Below, piece by piece: positions 1-12,700 of a DNA stretch of 64,000 nucleotides; within the stretch, counting starts at the first letter, position 1; the number at the start of each line of letters is the position of its first letter. The DNA is from Lama glama (Eukaryota), in the NCBI GenBank assembly GCA_028534125.1, contig CM052817.1, forward strand, positions 12,836,001-12,900,000, given 5' to 3'. The translations under genes were made by a program, and so were the position numbers. The notes under the pieces are model-generated. The model saw only the letters and a program-made list of their open reading frames with translations, did not search any database and was not told the origin of the DNA.

Positions 1-1420
1 TCAACTCTGTGTTTCTCTCTTTCCAATAACTTGTTTTCCTTTCCCATATTATTAAAGGAAGCTCTCATTTTGTATCATACTAAGCTGTAAATGAAGTAAT
101 TCATTTTGTAGAAAGGCCCATGTGGATATACTTCCAAGACTGGGTCAGGTTTTCAAAAGAGTTTTATTTTAGCTAAGCAATTCCTGCACTTCTCAGCCAG
201 ACGAGAAACAGAGGTTGAATATGCTGCCTCTTGGGCAACAGAGCCATTAGGTGGTATCTCAGAGTGCAGGAGCTACCAGAAATGAAGTAAGTGACAGGAA
301 GATGGAAGGAAATGGAAAACAAACCAAAAAAACAAACAAAAAAAAATCAGAAATTGTTCCCCACTTCAGTTAATAGTATTTAGTTCACAGTGGACCGAGC
401 ATCTGAAGGGAAGTTTGTATGTGTTACTATCCCAGTAAAAATCACACATTATTATGCTGCAGCCTAATCCAGGTGATCGTTTGGACATGACCTTGACAAA
501 TCTCTCAGGCTACGATGTGTCAGAAAGTACTCCTGTATCTGTAATATTTTATACTGTTCTCTGGGGTTGTTTTTTTTTTTTTCTGGGAAAGAGGTCATGC
601 TGGGCCTACAGTTCCAAGCAACCTGAGTAACCCTGAAACTGCAATTGGCATCGTCTGCCCACAAAATACTATTAAAAATAGGTGTTTGGGGGAAAATTGT
701 AGTTTATTCTATTCCATTATCACATACGGAACCTGAAGGTTTATTTCTGTATTTCTTTCTGCAGCTGTTTTAAAGGCTTCTGAAATATTTAATATTTCTA
801 AAATAAACTTGATTGCTAAATTACAGAAGTATCATAAAAGACTAGAAATAAGTTGATTTACAAAACGTGAAATCCACAGTGAGGCATATAGACTTGTTCT
901 CTTTTCTCCCCTACCTTGACCCCACTGATACTTCTCTGTGGAATTTTATGAACCTAAGTGGGATAAAATAGGTGTTTTCTGTTTTTTAAAGTTACTTTTA
1001 GAACAGAAGCTTTAGTATAAAATGTACATGTATACATAAATGCACATATATATATGAAATATGAATAAAATATCCAGTTGACATGCTAACTACTTGTTTC
1101 AAAGTCAATATTTACTCTTCGAGTGAATGCTACACAAACCCTACCATAACTATACTTTCGTGGTGTGTGTATGTTTATACGTGTATATTTTGCTATATAC
1201 ACATGAATCTCTCAAACATCATCAGACAATTCATGGGTTTGAACAGTGAGCTTTTCCTACCAAGAGAGTAGGTGTTATAAGAAGCAATTTTTTCCTCTGT
1301 TGCAGAGAGACTAACAAAAGATGCTTAATAAGAGATTTATCAGAAAACATATTCGTCTAAACTTATTTGGTTCCTGAAATAGTAGATTTTAGGGGAAGTC
1401 GTTATATGTCAAATAATACA

Positions 1421-1870
1421 TACTTTCTGTTTTAAGTAACAGAAATCCTATTTAAAGTGGCCAAAATGATGCTTTCCCGCATAACAGGACATTCATAATG
1501 AGGTAATTAGCAAGATTGATTCAGCAGTCCAACAACATTAGAGATTTTGAATCAACCCTCAGTTATATTTTGGCTTTCCCTCATGGCTGCGACATGGCTA
1601 CCCTAGTTCTGAATACCATATCCTCATCTGATAACACCAAAAATGTAAAGGGAAACCAGAAATGGTCATATTTTATTAGAAAGGAAAAACTTTCCCAGAA
1701 GCTTTCTCATAGAGTTCTCATTTCTTAAGATACTACTGGCCTCCATTGGGTTGTGTGCCTACAGCTTTCCTAGGGAAAGTGACTTCCTGGCGTTTGTGAT
1801 TTCCGTCATAAACAAGCTATGCTATCAGGGAGAAGGGGGACGGGGATGGCTGTCACCTAGGTAGCCAGCA
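1421..1870 (-). mobile_element. Old MaLR LTR (MLT1J/K-like), degenerate
   Basis: Motifs such as 'gtaacagaaatccta', 'aaaactttcccagaag' and 'ccattgggttgtgtgccta' resemble MLT1 consensus; boundaries approximate. Confidence 0.45.
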
Positions 1871-1949
1871 CTGTGTGTGGATATGAATATACTCTGTCAG
1901 GGTGGACAAGATTATCCTCGAGTGTCTAACAACCCAGTCGGCTCATGCA

Positions 1950-2275
1950 TGATTTTCATTTCAGTTAGGCTCTTGGTAGCGATCCTGGTGGGTTAATCTT
2001 CACACAGGGATGCAGGCTGAAGCTTCACTGGCTGCACAGCAAGGGGAAGGAGACATGAAATACTGTGCACTGGTTCCAAAAGGCTTTGGGCTGCAAGTGT
2101 TATCCTCACATCTGCTCACATTTATTGCTCAGTGGAAGTCACATGACCACACCTAACTGTAAGAGAAATTGGAATCTATAAATTTTAGTGTTTGCTTGTG
2201 ACTATCTAAAACTTTTATCACTAAGGAATGAAGGAGGACTGAATACGGGGGAGCAACCAGCAATATCTAACACAA
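1950..2275 (-). mobile_element. Old MaLR LTR (MLT1J/K/L-like)
   Basis: 'tctgctcacatttattg...aagtcacatgaccacacctaactgtaag' and terminal 'gcaatatctaacaca' are typical MLT1 motifs. Confidence 0.55.
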
Positions 2276-2296
2276 GTACCTAACTAACTGGGCGGT

Positions 2297-2793
2297 TACA
2301 GTAGATAGAACAATGGCCTCCCAAAGACACCCATATTCTGAATCCAGGAACCTATAAATATGTTTCTTTATATGACAAAAAGAACACTGCAGATGTGATT
2401 AAGTTAAGGATCATGAGATGGGGAGATTATTCTAAATAATCCAGGTTGGTCTAATGTAATCACAAGAGTCATTATAAAAGGGAGTCAGGAAGGCATAGTA
2501 AGTGGAAGGAAATGTGATGACAGATGCAAGAGGCTGAAGGGATGCAGAGAACGGGTCAAAGCCAAGTAGCATATTTAAGAGCCTTGAAAGCTGGAAGAGA
2601 CAAGGAAACAGATTCCCTCATCAGAGCTTCCAGAGGGAACCAGCCCTCCTGGAACCCAGACTTTTAACTCGGTAAACTCAGTAAACCTCCTTTTGGATCT
2701 CTGCCCTCCAGAAATGTAAGAGTATAAATTTTCATTGTTTTAAGCCACTAATTTTGTGAAACTTTGTTATAGTAGCAATAGAAAACTTATACA
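2297..2793 (+). mobile_element. MaLR solo LTR, MLT1D/MLT1C-like
   Basis: Starts 'tacagtagatagaacaatggcctcccaaagac', contains 'gcagatgtgattaagttaaggatcatgagatggggagattat' and 'agctggaagagacaaggaaacagattc', ends 'gttttaagccacta...gcaatagaaaacttataca'. Confidence 0.85.
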
Positions 2794-3164
2794 TGGTTTG
2801 TAAGTATTAAGCTGTACAATATATGTAAAGATTTATCAGGATGCCAAGCACACTGAGTGGCCCCAAAGGGCATTAGAACCCTTCTACTTTTGTTTATGTA
2901 AATGGATATTTTCATACGGGAAGTAACACAACAAGAGATAAAATTGTTATTATTTGAAAGGAACAATATAGGCAGAATATCAAAAACACTCTTCAATATG
3001 TACTTATATCTGCAAGAATTTGGGATTAAAAACTAGTGTTTCTTAAAAAATAACAGTAAAAGTCTATTTATATCTGTTATATTCAGTATTATTGGAGCAA
3101 TAGGTTTTGTGTAGATCCTCCATATGTGGTTGAGGAAGCTTCCCTCTTTCTTGGTATATTAAGA

Positions 3165-3385
3165 ATTTTTTAATTTATTTTTCCTTTTTTATTGAAGTAC
3201 AGTCAGTTTACAATGTTTTGTCAGTTTCTGGCATACAGTACGATAGTTCAGTCATACCTATACATACACATATACATTTTCATGTTCTTTTTCTTTATAG
3301 ATTATAGGATATTGAATATAGTTCCCTGTGCTATACAGTATAAATTTGTTGTTTATTTTATATATAGTAGTTAGTATCTGCAAAT
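3165..3385 (-). mobile_element. 5'-truncated L1 3' end (camelid/artiodactyl type)
   Basis: T-rich tail followed by 'tattgaagtacagtcagtttacaatgtt...atattgaatatagttccctgtgctatacag', the reverse complement of an L1 3' terminus. Confidence 0.8.
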
Positions 3386-3419
3386 GGTGGTTCAATTTTA
3401 CCTAATTATAGGTAATATG

Positions 3420-3975
3420 TTATTTATCTTTGCTTGCTTTTAAGACTGTGTCTTTAGTTTTCAAATATTTAATTCTGATACATCTTAGTGTGGATTTCTT
3501 TGCATTTATCTTGTTTGGAGTTTGCTCAACTGCTTGGATCTGCAAGTTTGTGTCTTTCACCAAATATGAGAAATTTTAAGTCATTATTTATTCAATGCTT
3601 TGTCAGTTCCAACTTCTTTCTCCTCTACTTCTGGAATCTGATAATACAAAATTTAAGTCATTTGCTATTGTCCTATAGGCCACCTTAATTTTTTGCAGTC
3701 TGTTTTCTCTGTTACTCAGATTAAGAAATTCTATTGATTAATCTCCAGATGCACTGACTCTCTCTTCTGTCCTCCCCACCCAGTCTTGAGTTCATTTAGA
3801 TTTTTAAATTCTGGGTGTGGTGTTTTTTATTTCCATAGCTTTTATTTGGTTCTTTCCTACAACTTCAGTTTCTTTGCTGAAATTTTCTATTTTTTCATTT
3901 GTTTCATAAACATTGTAATTAATTTTTGAAGCACTTTATGACAGATGCTTCAAATTCTTGCCAAATAATTTCAAC
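3420..3975 (-). mobile_element. Ancient L1M (ORF1-region) or HAL1 fragment
   Basis: 'gtgtggatttctttgcatttatcttgtttggagtttgctcaactgcttggatctgcaagtttgtgtctttc' resembles antisense L1M 5'/ORF1 sequence. Confidence 0.65.
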
Positions 3976-5869
3976 ATGTTATAATATTTGGCAAAATCTT
4001 TGCCCTGGCTATCGCCTGAATTGTTAAGGTACTCTCACATACCAGGCACTCCATTCTTCCAACTACCCCTTTTGATTTTATATGTGTATAACTTTTGACA
4101 CACCATCCTCATTTCCCTGGCCCCGAACCAAGTATGTGAACCAAGGCAACAAGATACTTATTTTAGCCAATCCTCAATCAGAGGTCCATACTTAGAGATA
4201 GGAATTAAATCCACTTTATTTGAACAATATGAATTTACAGTTGGAGAGAACTTACTCCCTCCTTCCTCACTCTCAAAATTAGCAAAAAAAAAAAAAAAAC
4301 ATGAAACCAGGAAAACAGTGTGTAATTCTTATCCATCTTTCAAGAACTAAATCAAGTGTTGTTTCGTTGTGATACCTTTATTCTTTCAGGGCTTTATTTT
4401 TAGTTCTAAACGGTATCCTTTTCACATCCAGAATTTTTGCCTGTTCCCATTTGTGTGTGTTTCATGAGGGAATGAACCCTATCTTATTCAATCTCGTATC
4501 TGACCATCTAGGACAGTATATCAAAAGCAGTAAATGTTGGTTATTTCAACAAATTAAATGAAGTTATTCTACAGTGTTCTCTCTCCGAATGGAACATTAA
4601 TATCTTTTTAATGGGCTTGATTTCATTTTAGGGTTCAACATCTGTCCCTGGAAACACATTTCTGAAATTTCATTGGAAATCAATGGGAAAGTTTCTTCTG
4701 AAACCAATATTTCCTGTGCACAGAGCTTTGAGGAACATGAAGTAAATAACACAGCTATAATTCTTCGCTGCAACATGAGGATGCCTCTCCTGAAATTAGT
4801 AACACCATGAATTGCCATTCACATTAAGGAATTAGAAGTGACTATTTCACTAAGAAGAAAAAAAAAAAAAAAGACAGTGCTATTCCCAGAAAGAGATAGC
4901 TTCATGCTCTACATATGTTCCATCCAAAAATGTAATTCCAAATGATGCATCATGGGACATGTATAAGATCTTAACATATTAGAAGTGTCTTTTGCATAAC
5001 CAAAAACTGAGATCAGTGAGGCTCATCTGAAATCCCACGGACAAATCTGCTGTCCATAGAACTCACTCTTACACCTAAAAGAGCAGAGGAATTAAGTATT
5101 TAGCACATGTTGTAAAGATGATAAACCCCTTTGTTTCAGTAAAACCTCCAGAGAGTCATCATTTTATATAAAGAAACTTGGAAATGCAGTAGAGTTCTCT
5201 CTGCCAGAGGAAGTTTCTAATATATGACCCTTGTAAGTGTGCTGGATTTGTTAACAAGCTTCTGTATCAGTTCACAAGGCTGCAAGCTCTTTTCAGGACA
5301 CTATCTGCCTATAATGTTTGTTCAGGAACTTCTATTTTGAAGTGCCCTTAAATGCTTTTTAAGCCTTCTATTATATACACACACACACACATATCTTTTT
5401 TAAGTTATGTTAACAATAAAAGTTTGTATTACTTTCACAGAATGATTCTCCTTATTCCAAACTGTTAGGCTATCAGGGATGTAAATTTTGCATAATTTTA
5501 ATTCGTGACACGTGGGTGTGTGTGTGTGCGTGTGTGTAACAAATTCATTTACTTGGCTGACCACAAGAGAGGGTTTTGAATGAGATTGTATACGCATGTC
5601 TTCCTTTTGAAAAAAATAAATACATAAATGGATGCATTCGTTGAAATTACTGGAAACGTTTAGATATTGAATGGGACTCAGTCATACAGAACTATGATTC
5701 TGCATCATTCTGTTCACTCTGACTTCTCTTGGACACTTCTTCTCACTTATGCAAAAATATATGCAGAAAATTCAGGCTTTACGTTACTCAGACACATGAC
5801 AGGTTTTCAGTCTTGTATTTTCTAGCAGGTATTTTGACCTTTTACTGATGTTGATTTAGTGCATTGATG

Positions 5870-6393
5870 GCCCAGCTCTGCCCTTTCCCTGTATCTTCAT
5901 TCTTCACCTGGCGACCTTGCAGTTCTTTTCAATTAAGACTATTTCCATATTCCTCAGATCATGTGATTTGCTTGAACCAATAGGATCTTAGCAGACTTTT
6001 CTCGTGCAGAGGCTTGACAAAGCACTTGTGTCTGTCACTTTCTTTTTACCTTTGCTGTGATTGCTAAGAGAGCATGCCCCAGCTAGTCTGTGAAGTTGCC
6101 TGGGGCTCTGTGAAATATTGAGGGGAAAGCAGTCATCCCAGACAAGGCTGTGCTAAAAGAGCCAACAGTCAGTTGACTCTCAGATTTGCAGGAGATTCCA
6201 GCCCAGATCAGCTGAGATGAGCCTGCCTGACCGATAGCTGATGGAAGACCGACAGATGAGCCCAGCTGGGACCAGAACCTGATTTGAAGCTGACTCTTAA
6301 ACTCGTAAGCTATTATAAATGGTTGTTTTGTAAGCCCCTGAGTTTTGAGGCAGTTTATTCACCCCATTATTGGAGCAAGAGACAATTGATGCA
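5870..6393 (+). mobile_element. MaLR LTR (MLT1G/H/I-like)
   Basis: 'catgtgatttgcttgaaccaataggat', 'agcatgccccagctagtctg' and 3' end 'aaatggttgttttgtaagcccctgagttttgagg...aattgatgca'. Confidence 0.65.
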
Positions 6394-7447
6394 ACTGTAG
6401 TCAAGGCAGCTGCATTAAGCTAAGTTCAACACAATGATGAGGGGGACCCTGAACCTGTGGCTGGGGCGATGCCAGTTGGCTTAAGATCAGCTACTTGAAG
6501 GAAACACTGTGTTTGTGGAAATAGGAAAGCTAGAGCCAGGCAGGATCTCTGGAGTTGGGATGCTGCAGAATGGGAGAGGGTAGAATGTGTCTTGGGAAGG
6601 CTCTTGGGGTGATTCAAAAGAAATGAAAATCATGAAAGAATTATCACTCCAGTTGTAAGGCTACACTAACATATGTGGGAAATAATAATAAAGTTATAGC
6701 ATAAGAAACTATAAGACACTATGAGGTAAAATTGTACCACATACACTGTAAATATAGTAGACATTCAAAAGTAAAGAAAGGCGTACAAACTGGATACATC
6801 AAGGCTGGGTTTATGGGGAAGGTGGAGGAAGAAGTTGCTTTGAAATATGAATTAAGCTTGATTAAAGAAGGGACAGAGATTCTTGGTAAGCTTTTTCGAA
6901 TAAAGAGTGAGACTTGTTAGACACTATTAATGTTAAAGCGTTGCTTTATTTGAGGTTATTGCACACAGGAAATATTTTTTAGGGCTACTATAATTTTTTA
7001 ATTAATATTTAATTTACTGAAGTTACAAAATGAGAGGCTTAGTTTGTTCCATTTTTTACAAAACATTTAGATTTAATTTACAAACTTGTGATGCTCTTTA
7101 TAAATCCAGTAAATCTTAAGTATGACTTTTAAAGGGGATTTTACATCTTAGTTAATTAAATCCCTTTAAATATTTTAAACAACATTTACACATTTAATAT
7201 ATTTGCTTTTCTTTTATATGCAATTCAATAATCTGAATAACAAAAAAGTTCCCTAGGAACTTAACCAATTCTTATAAGCCTAATAAATCACAGACATAAT
7301 AAATACAGTAAATCTGAAATTATTGTAAATATTACAGTATTATTTGCAAAACCTAGTACCATTTCTTTTAACTTAAAATTATAAACTTAAGTCAATCATT
7401 TTAGGTATACATTTTAAACTAGAATTAAATGGCTTAACTGGTAGATC

Positions 7448-7600
7448 TGTGATTTTCATTTGGGAGTAATATTACTGTCCCCCGGGGGGACATTTGGACG
7501 TATGAGCAGGTGCTTTGGTTTTCACAATGTCTGGGGACCGCTGCAGGTATTTAGTGGGTAGCGAACAGGGACATTCAACTTCCTACAGTAAGTGAGAGCC
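7448..7600 (+). mobile_element. MER20-like hAT-Charlie MITE
   Basis: 'cccccgggggacatttgg...tttggttttcacaat...ggtatttagtgggtag...cagggac...tcctaca' follows MER20 consensus. Confidence 0.7.
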
Positions 7601-7629
7601 AAAACATACCCCTTGAGGGCAATAGATAA

Positions 7630-8010
7630 TGTCATCGCTTGAGTTCTTCTAGATGCTGACTCTCATAGATGATTCAAATTCAAGTCATGTATTTGGGAGT
7701 GAAGAAGACACTGTTAGGTGAGTCAGCAGTGAGACAGGAGAGGAAGTAAAGCAATGAAGGGTGCTTTATCAAGTCTGCTGCTGCTACTACTTGGGTAACT
7801 CAAGCATAACTCAACTGAGGAAGCCCTGGGAGCCAACGGACAATGCGGGTCTCCGGGGTGTCTTACCATGGGAGTGGGAGAACTGGGTTCTGACACACCA
7901 GTTCCATTGTCGTGGATCGAGGGCTGTTTCTGGAGGTGTGAAGTCTCCTGCACTTCGGGCAAAGCAGAGGGGACCCTGGCGGCCAGAGAAGTTCCCAAGG
8001 GCAAAAGCAA
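7630..8010 (-). mobile_element. ERVL LTR (LTR16/LTR33-like)
   Basis: 'gagttcttctagatgctgactctca...caagtcatgtatttgggagtga...gtgagacaggagaggaag...gggtgctttatcaag' resembles the reverse of an LTR16/33 3' end. Confidence 0.6.
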
Positions 8011-8494
8011 AATCCAGATGTTCTGGGCTTCTAATTGCTTGTTTCTTTGACTATTCCGATTGCAGCATGCTGAACAGAAATCAAAGAGCTTAAATTAGGG
8101 ATTTGACAAATTGACTTTTTAACGTCCCTTTGAGTAGAGGTGAATCAACCAAAAGTAGAATGCTAATCCAGGCTTTGAAGCATCAGAAAATCTGATCATC
8201 TAGAGTTTGAGTCTCATTTGCTTCCTGGAGGTAAACAATGGTGGCTTTGAACAAGTGAACCCCAGAAAAGTTAACAAGGCCTTGGAAGAGAAACGCAACA
8301 CTGGTCTCAGTCCCTAACCCATCATTTCTGCTCATTGTCACCTGCTGTTGTGTTGTATATGCTGGTGGATGGTGAGAGATGACCCTTCCCAGTCTCCAAC
8401 AGCCCTTGGAAAAGGTCCTCAGATTTGAATCTCATGGGAGAGGAAAAAATGGAATTGAGCTGAGATTCAAAAATGTAAAACAATGTTTATTAAG

Positions 8495-8652
8495 GTCTAG
8501 GCCCATGAAAGTACTTCACAGGGTTCCATGAATTGTCTAAAATTGTATGTCAACCTTTGCATAAGTGTGTATTTTCCTGAAGAGAGATTCATGGCTTTCA
8601 TTAACTTCTCTAAGGAGACCGTGCCCTTCACAGAAGAATAAGAAACATTTAT
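8495..8652. mobile_element. MER103C-like DNA transposon fragment
   Basis: 'gggttccatgaa...aaattgtatg...gtgtgtattttcctgaagagagattcatggctttcattaacttctctaagg'. Confidence 0.6.
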
Positions 8653-8670
8653 TTAAAATAAAAGTAATCC

Positions 8671-8805
8671 GGGGGGAGGGTATAGCTTAAGTGGTAGAGG
8701 ACACGCTTAGCATACACAGGGTCCTGGGTTCGATCCCCAGTACCTCCTCCAAAAGTAAATAAACCTAATTACCTACCCCCTGCCAAAATAAAATAATTAA
8801 ATAAA
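8671..8805 (+). mobile_element. tRNA-derived SINE, Vic-1-like (camelid)
   Basis: tRNA-like head 'ggggagggtatagcttaagtggtagag', Pol III A box 8683-8694, B box GGTTCGATCCC 8727-8737, A-rich tail, and perfect TSD AAAATAAAAGTAATCC (8655-8670, 8807-8822) at a TT/AAAA L1-endonuclease site. Confidence 0.92.
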
Positions 8806-8899
8806 TAAAATAAAAGTAATCCAGTAGCGAAGGAAGAAACAAGAAAAAGGCAGAGGGATATAACTACTACCCACAAATATCAAATATTAATTTTGTCAT

Positions 8900-9040
8900 G
8901 ACCCTCATAAGAACCCTATTATTATGATAAAGAACTAAGACTTAGAGGAATTAAGGGATTTATATGCTCAAGGACACAGCAGGCGAATGGTACAGCTGGC
9001 ACTCCACCTTTGATGCGTTTCTGACTCCAAAGCAATATAC
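8900..9040 (-). mobile_element. MIR fragment
   Basis: 'gaactaagacttagaggaattaagggattta...caaggacacagc...tctgactccaaagc' is MIR core. Confidence 0.6.
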
Positions 9041-10039
9041 CATCCTCATCATGCTGCCGTGTTATCTTCAGAGGGTCCTGGAGTGAAGCCCTTGAACATG
9101 TATTTTCCAAATACTCTTAACAGTCTGGGGAGAGAAGGAACTAATTTCATGGAAACTGAAACGATCCAAAAGAAACTTGATAAATTTCAGAGTATTTTAA
9201 TATGACCGTTCCCTCCAGGACCCTTAGACCCCAGTTTCAGGCCTATGATGACTCCTGAGGCTGCACCTGGACTGGTGGATACTGATGTTGCCTCCTCATT
9301 CCTTAGAGAAAGAGAGAAAGCATTACATCCATTCCCTGTGCGATTAAATGAAACTCATTTGATGACTCACTTAGTCATTAGAATATCCTAAAAAAGTCAA
9401 CATATTGTAATATTCAGATTTTAATTGAAGTTCATCTCAGCAGGGTAAGAAGTTTTAAAAGTTCCAAATTTTTAAGTGATAAGCTTAGAATTCTTTCCTC
9501 CTAGCGATTTTATTTTTTAACTTCAATTTTGCCCCCAAAATTTTCCTGGAGGGACACTAGGGAACTTTTCATTGCCAAATCTAATAATTCATGTTCTAAA
9601 TAATTTAACTGTTTTCCCCTATGTAAAAGATGACATTTTCATCATGAGCTATTTAGAAAATGCAAACAAAATGGAAATCATAGAGATACCGCAAAATCCC
9701 TGCTCATAAAATATTAACCGTGAGCCATTTGCTACTTAGCGTATCTTATAGATAGATGATAAGTAGATGTACGTATTTTTAATAAATAAAACAGAGGCGA
9801 AAATCTTCATGTATGGAGAATCACCATGCTCTCCAGGAAGCAGGAGGAAGCTTCCATGTACATTCACTTTGTTGTCTATTGATATAATGTGAAAACCAAG
9901 AGGTAGTATTAGAGAAGGCAGAAGTGAATTGCTTTCCATTACAAAGGGCAGCAAACAGGTGGCTGGAAGAAAAAAAAGAGACACTGTGTCTTGGAAGACA
10001 GAATGGGGCATAGCTGAGGCTAAATCAGGAGGGTGCTTT

Positions 10040-10114
10040 AAAAAAATTAATTGAAATATAGTTGATTTACAATGTTGTGTTAGTGTCAAGTGTACAGCAA
10101 AGTGATTCAGTTAT

Positions 10115-10160
<46 letters not shown>

Positions 10161-10342
10161 TCTTTTTCAGATTCTTTTCCATTATAGGCTATTACAAGAT
10201 ATTGAATATGTTTCCCTGTGCTATAGAGTTGGACCTTGTTGTTTATGCATTTTATATATAGTAGTTAGTATCTGCTAATCCTAGACTCCTAATTCACAGC
10301 TATCCTCCCCTTTTCCCTTTGGTAATCATGTTTGTTTTCTAG
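10040..10342 (-). mobile_element. L1 3' end fragment with internal (CA)n(TA)n microsatellite
   Basis: 'ttgaaatatagttgatttacaatgttgtgttag...gtacagcaaagtgattcagttatacat...ttccctgtgctatag'; microsatellite at about 10114-10161. Confidence 0.85.
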
Positions 10343-10399
10343 GAGGGCCCTTTTAAGGGGCTTTGTAAATGACACTAGAGATTATGAGAGTTTGTTTAA

Positions 10400-10800
10400 T
10401 CCTTTCTGTCACTCATTGTACCATCAACAAACATGTGCTAGGACTCTACTCCGCGCATTGCAAGGTGCCCTGGAAATAGAAAGGGGTGGGTCCTGCTCTC
10501 AGGATGCTTCTCGGCTAAGGAGAAGACTGTACACCAGTCAACACAGAATTCCGAAGAAGCATGGCTGGTGCCTGGACAGAGATAAGCATGAGAGAGAAAG
10601 GAGAAGACACATCGAACCCAGACTGGGCTGTGGAAGAGCCTGTGCTCTGAGGGGTGCTGGCCCTGGGCCAGAAACTGAAGGACAGGTAGAATTCAGCCAG
10701 ACAAGTGGTATCATGCAGGTCTGCTCAGCAAAAGAGATTTTTGTTAACAATATTGCACTAGAAAGAATAGCAAGCCAATGGGCTCTTGTGTGCAAAGGGT
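10400..10800 (-). mobile_element. L2 fragment
   Basis: 'tcactcattgtaccatcaacaaacatgtgctaggactctact...gtcctgctctcaggatgcttc' resembles an antisense L2 3' end; explains the spurious 156-aa ORF. Confidence 0.55.
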
Positions 10801-11089
10801 AGAGGGGCCTAAAAGGACAGAAACTTGGTACAGCTTCCTTGGCTCTTCATAGACTTGTGCGTAATCAGCAAAACCATACAGACACGAAGCGTGAGCATGT
10901 CTGACACGTGAGTTAAGTCCAAGTGGCTGTTCTCAATAGCATACATTCGTTTCAGCAACAAGTACATCCAAATATAACTAAGGCAGAAAGAAGCAAAGAG
11001 TAAGAGTTAGAAGGAGACAGATTTCGGGGAGCACAGAATAAAAGAGTGTTCTAATACAACAGGTATCAAAAGAAAAGAAATAAATGAAA

Positions 11090-11152
11090 GGCAGGAAGGA
11101 AAGAGAGAAGGAGAGAGAGGAAGGGAAGGGAAGGGAAGGGAGGAAAGGGGAA
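11090..11152. repeat. Purine-rich (GGAAG)n low-complexity tract
   Basis: 'ggaagggaagggaagggaagggaggaaagggg' seen directly. Confidence 0.8.
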
Positions 11153-11699
11153 ACAGTGCTTGGAAAAGCAGTTGGTTCCCCATCACTGACTACATTGGGG
11201 TAAACGGAGCTTCCTCGACCAGCATCCTGTGATTCTATAATTTGGGGTCAAACAGGTAACAACAGTATTTCTGGGCTGCAACTGTATTTGGTCTTTCTGT
11301 GTGTTTCTTTAGAAAAAAGACAAAGATTCACATTGAGAGGTTAAATGTATCTATTTCTGGATGATGAGATTACAAGTGATTTTTATTCTCAAAGTTCTAT
11401 CTTAATAAATATCTGAATGTATACTTTATGATCAGAAAATACTATAACATTTTAAAGGCTTTCTAACTCTTGGTCAAACATTTATGAGTATATAAATATA
11501 GAATGCATATTCAAATATGACATTATAAGAAAATCAAGGGATAACTTCATATAAATTACCATCTTTCATTTATTATTTTTGATGCAGTAGCTTGCATAGA
11601 ATAGATCCTCCATAAATCTATTGACTATTGATTTTTGCAACATAGGCCATCTTCCTTATGTAAATAGTACACATATCCATTTTGGTAGCTATTTTAAAG

Positions 11700-12700
11700 T
11701 CAAAAAAACCCCATTTGACCAAAACAGAACATAACATAAAAATGACTATCAGCAAAGGTAAACAGAAAGTGGCAATTTAGGAAAAAATATTGTCTAACAT
11801 TCAAAAGAAATGGGATTGATTTGTAGGGTGTATTAAACCCTTATATAGATTAATGTTTCAAACTGGAAATTTGGGCAAAGAATATAAACAGAAATATAAG
11901 CAAAAAACAATAATAACAAGGAGAAATTCCTTTTCACTAGTCAGCATGAAAAAGCAAATGGGAAGAATGAGACAGCACATTTCTGGCCATCAGATTGGCT
12001 GCATTTTAAATATCCCCATAATGCAGAGAACTGTGTTATATATACTGCAGCTTTGTGGAGGTAATTCTGACATTTGTTTAATTGTTTAACTGTTCATTCT
12101 CTCTTACACGACAGTTTCACCTGTGAGTTTTTCCCCTGTAGAATTAACTGCATAAATGTCCAAAGAGGCTTTTCATCATAATTAACTTTATATAAAATAG
12201 GTAAAAAACAAGTTCATACTGTATAGCACAGGGAGCTATATTCAATATCTTGTAGTCACTTATGATAAAAAATTATATAAAGATGAACTTATGTATATTC
12301 ATGTGTGACTGAAGCATTATGTACACCAGAAATTGATACAACATTGTCAATTGAATGTACTTCAATAAAATATATATATAATTATTTCAAAAGATAGAAA
12401 ATAATACAAATTTTCATTCCAGAAATAATGGTTGAATATGTTATGGTGCATTAATGAGACAAATTCTATGAAGCAGCTTAAAATATAGTTTTATTATTTT
12501 TTAAATTTTATATTCACATATGATGCATAGAAAAAGAGCTAGAAGAACACACATTAAAAATACACATTCTTCGGGGTAAGACAAGGATAGAGAAAGAAAG
12601 GGTACGTCAAAAGAGACATGTTTAGTTATATTGTGTAATTTATTTTACCTCATATCGACACCATGTCTTATTTGTAGTTAATCAATGTTTTGTTTTAAAT
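11700..12700 (+). mobile_element. Highly decayed L1ME-like fragments, interrupted by a younger L1 3' end
   Basis: 'ggaaatttgggcaaagaatataaacagaaa' and 'ggttgaatatgttatggtgcatt' resemble old L1 ORF2-end/3'UTR sequence. Confidence 0.45.
12190..12385 (+). mobile_element. 5'-truncated L1 3' end (camelid type)
   Basis: 'tactgtatagcacagggagctatattcaatatcttgtag...gactgaagcattatgtacaccagaaattgatacaacattgt...acttcaataaaa'. Confidence 0.85.

Noticed and set aside
463..540. Peptide PNPGDRLDMTLTNLSGYDVSE, faintly ABCA-like
   Set aside because: Similarity too short, no good donor site, and no other ABC exons in the window
4597..4818. Open frames on both strands after a 'ttcattttag' acceptor
   Set aside because: Peptides unrecognised and no convincing donor
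5372..5540. (CA)n and (TG)n tracts in inverted arrangement
   Set aside because: Short common microsatellites; pairing is expected by chance
8671..8745. Possible tRNA gene
   Set aside because: Followed by a SINE body, A-rich tail and TSD, so it is a tRNA-derived SINE
10332..10802. 156-aa ORF, the longest outside the gap
   Set aside because: Lies in a decayed antisense L2, lacks a true ATG start and resembles no protein I know
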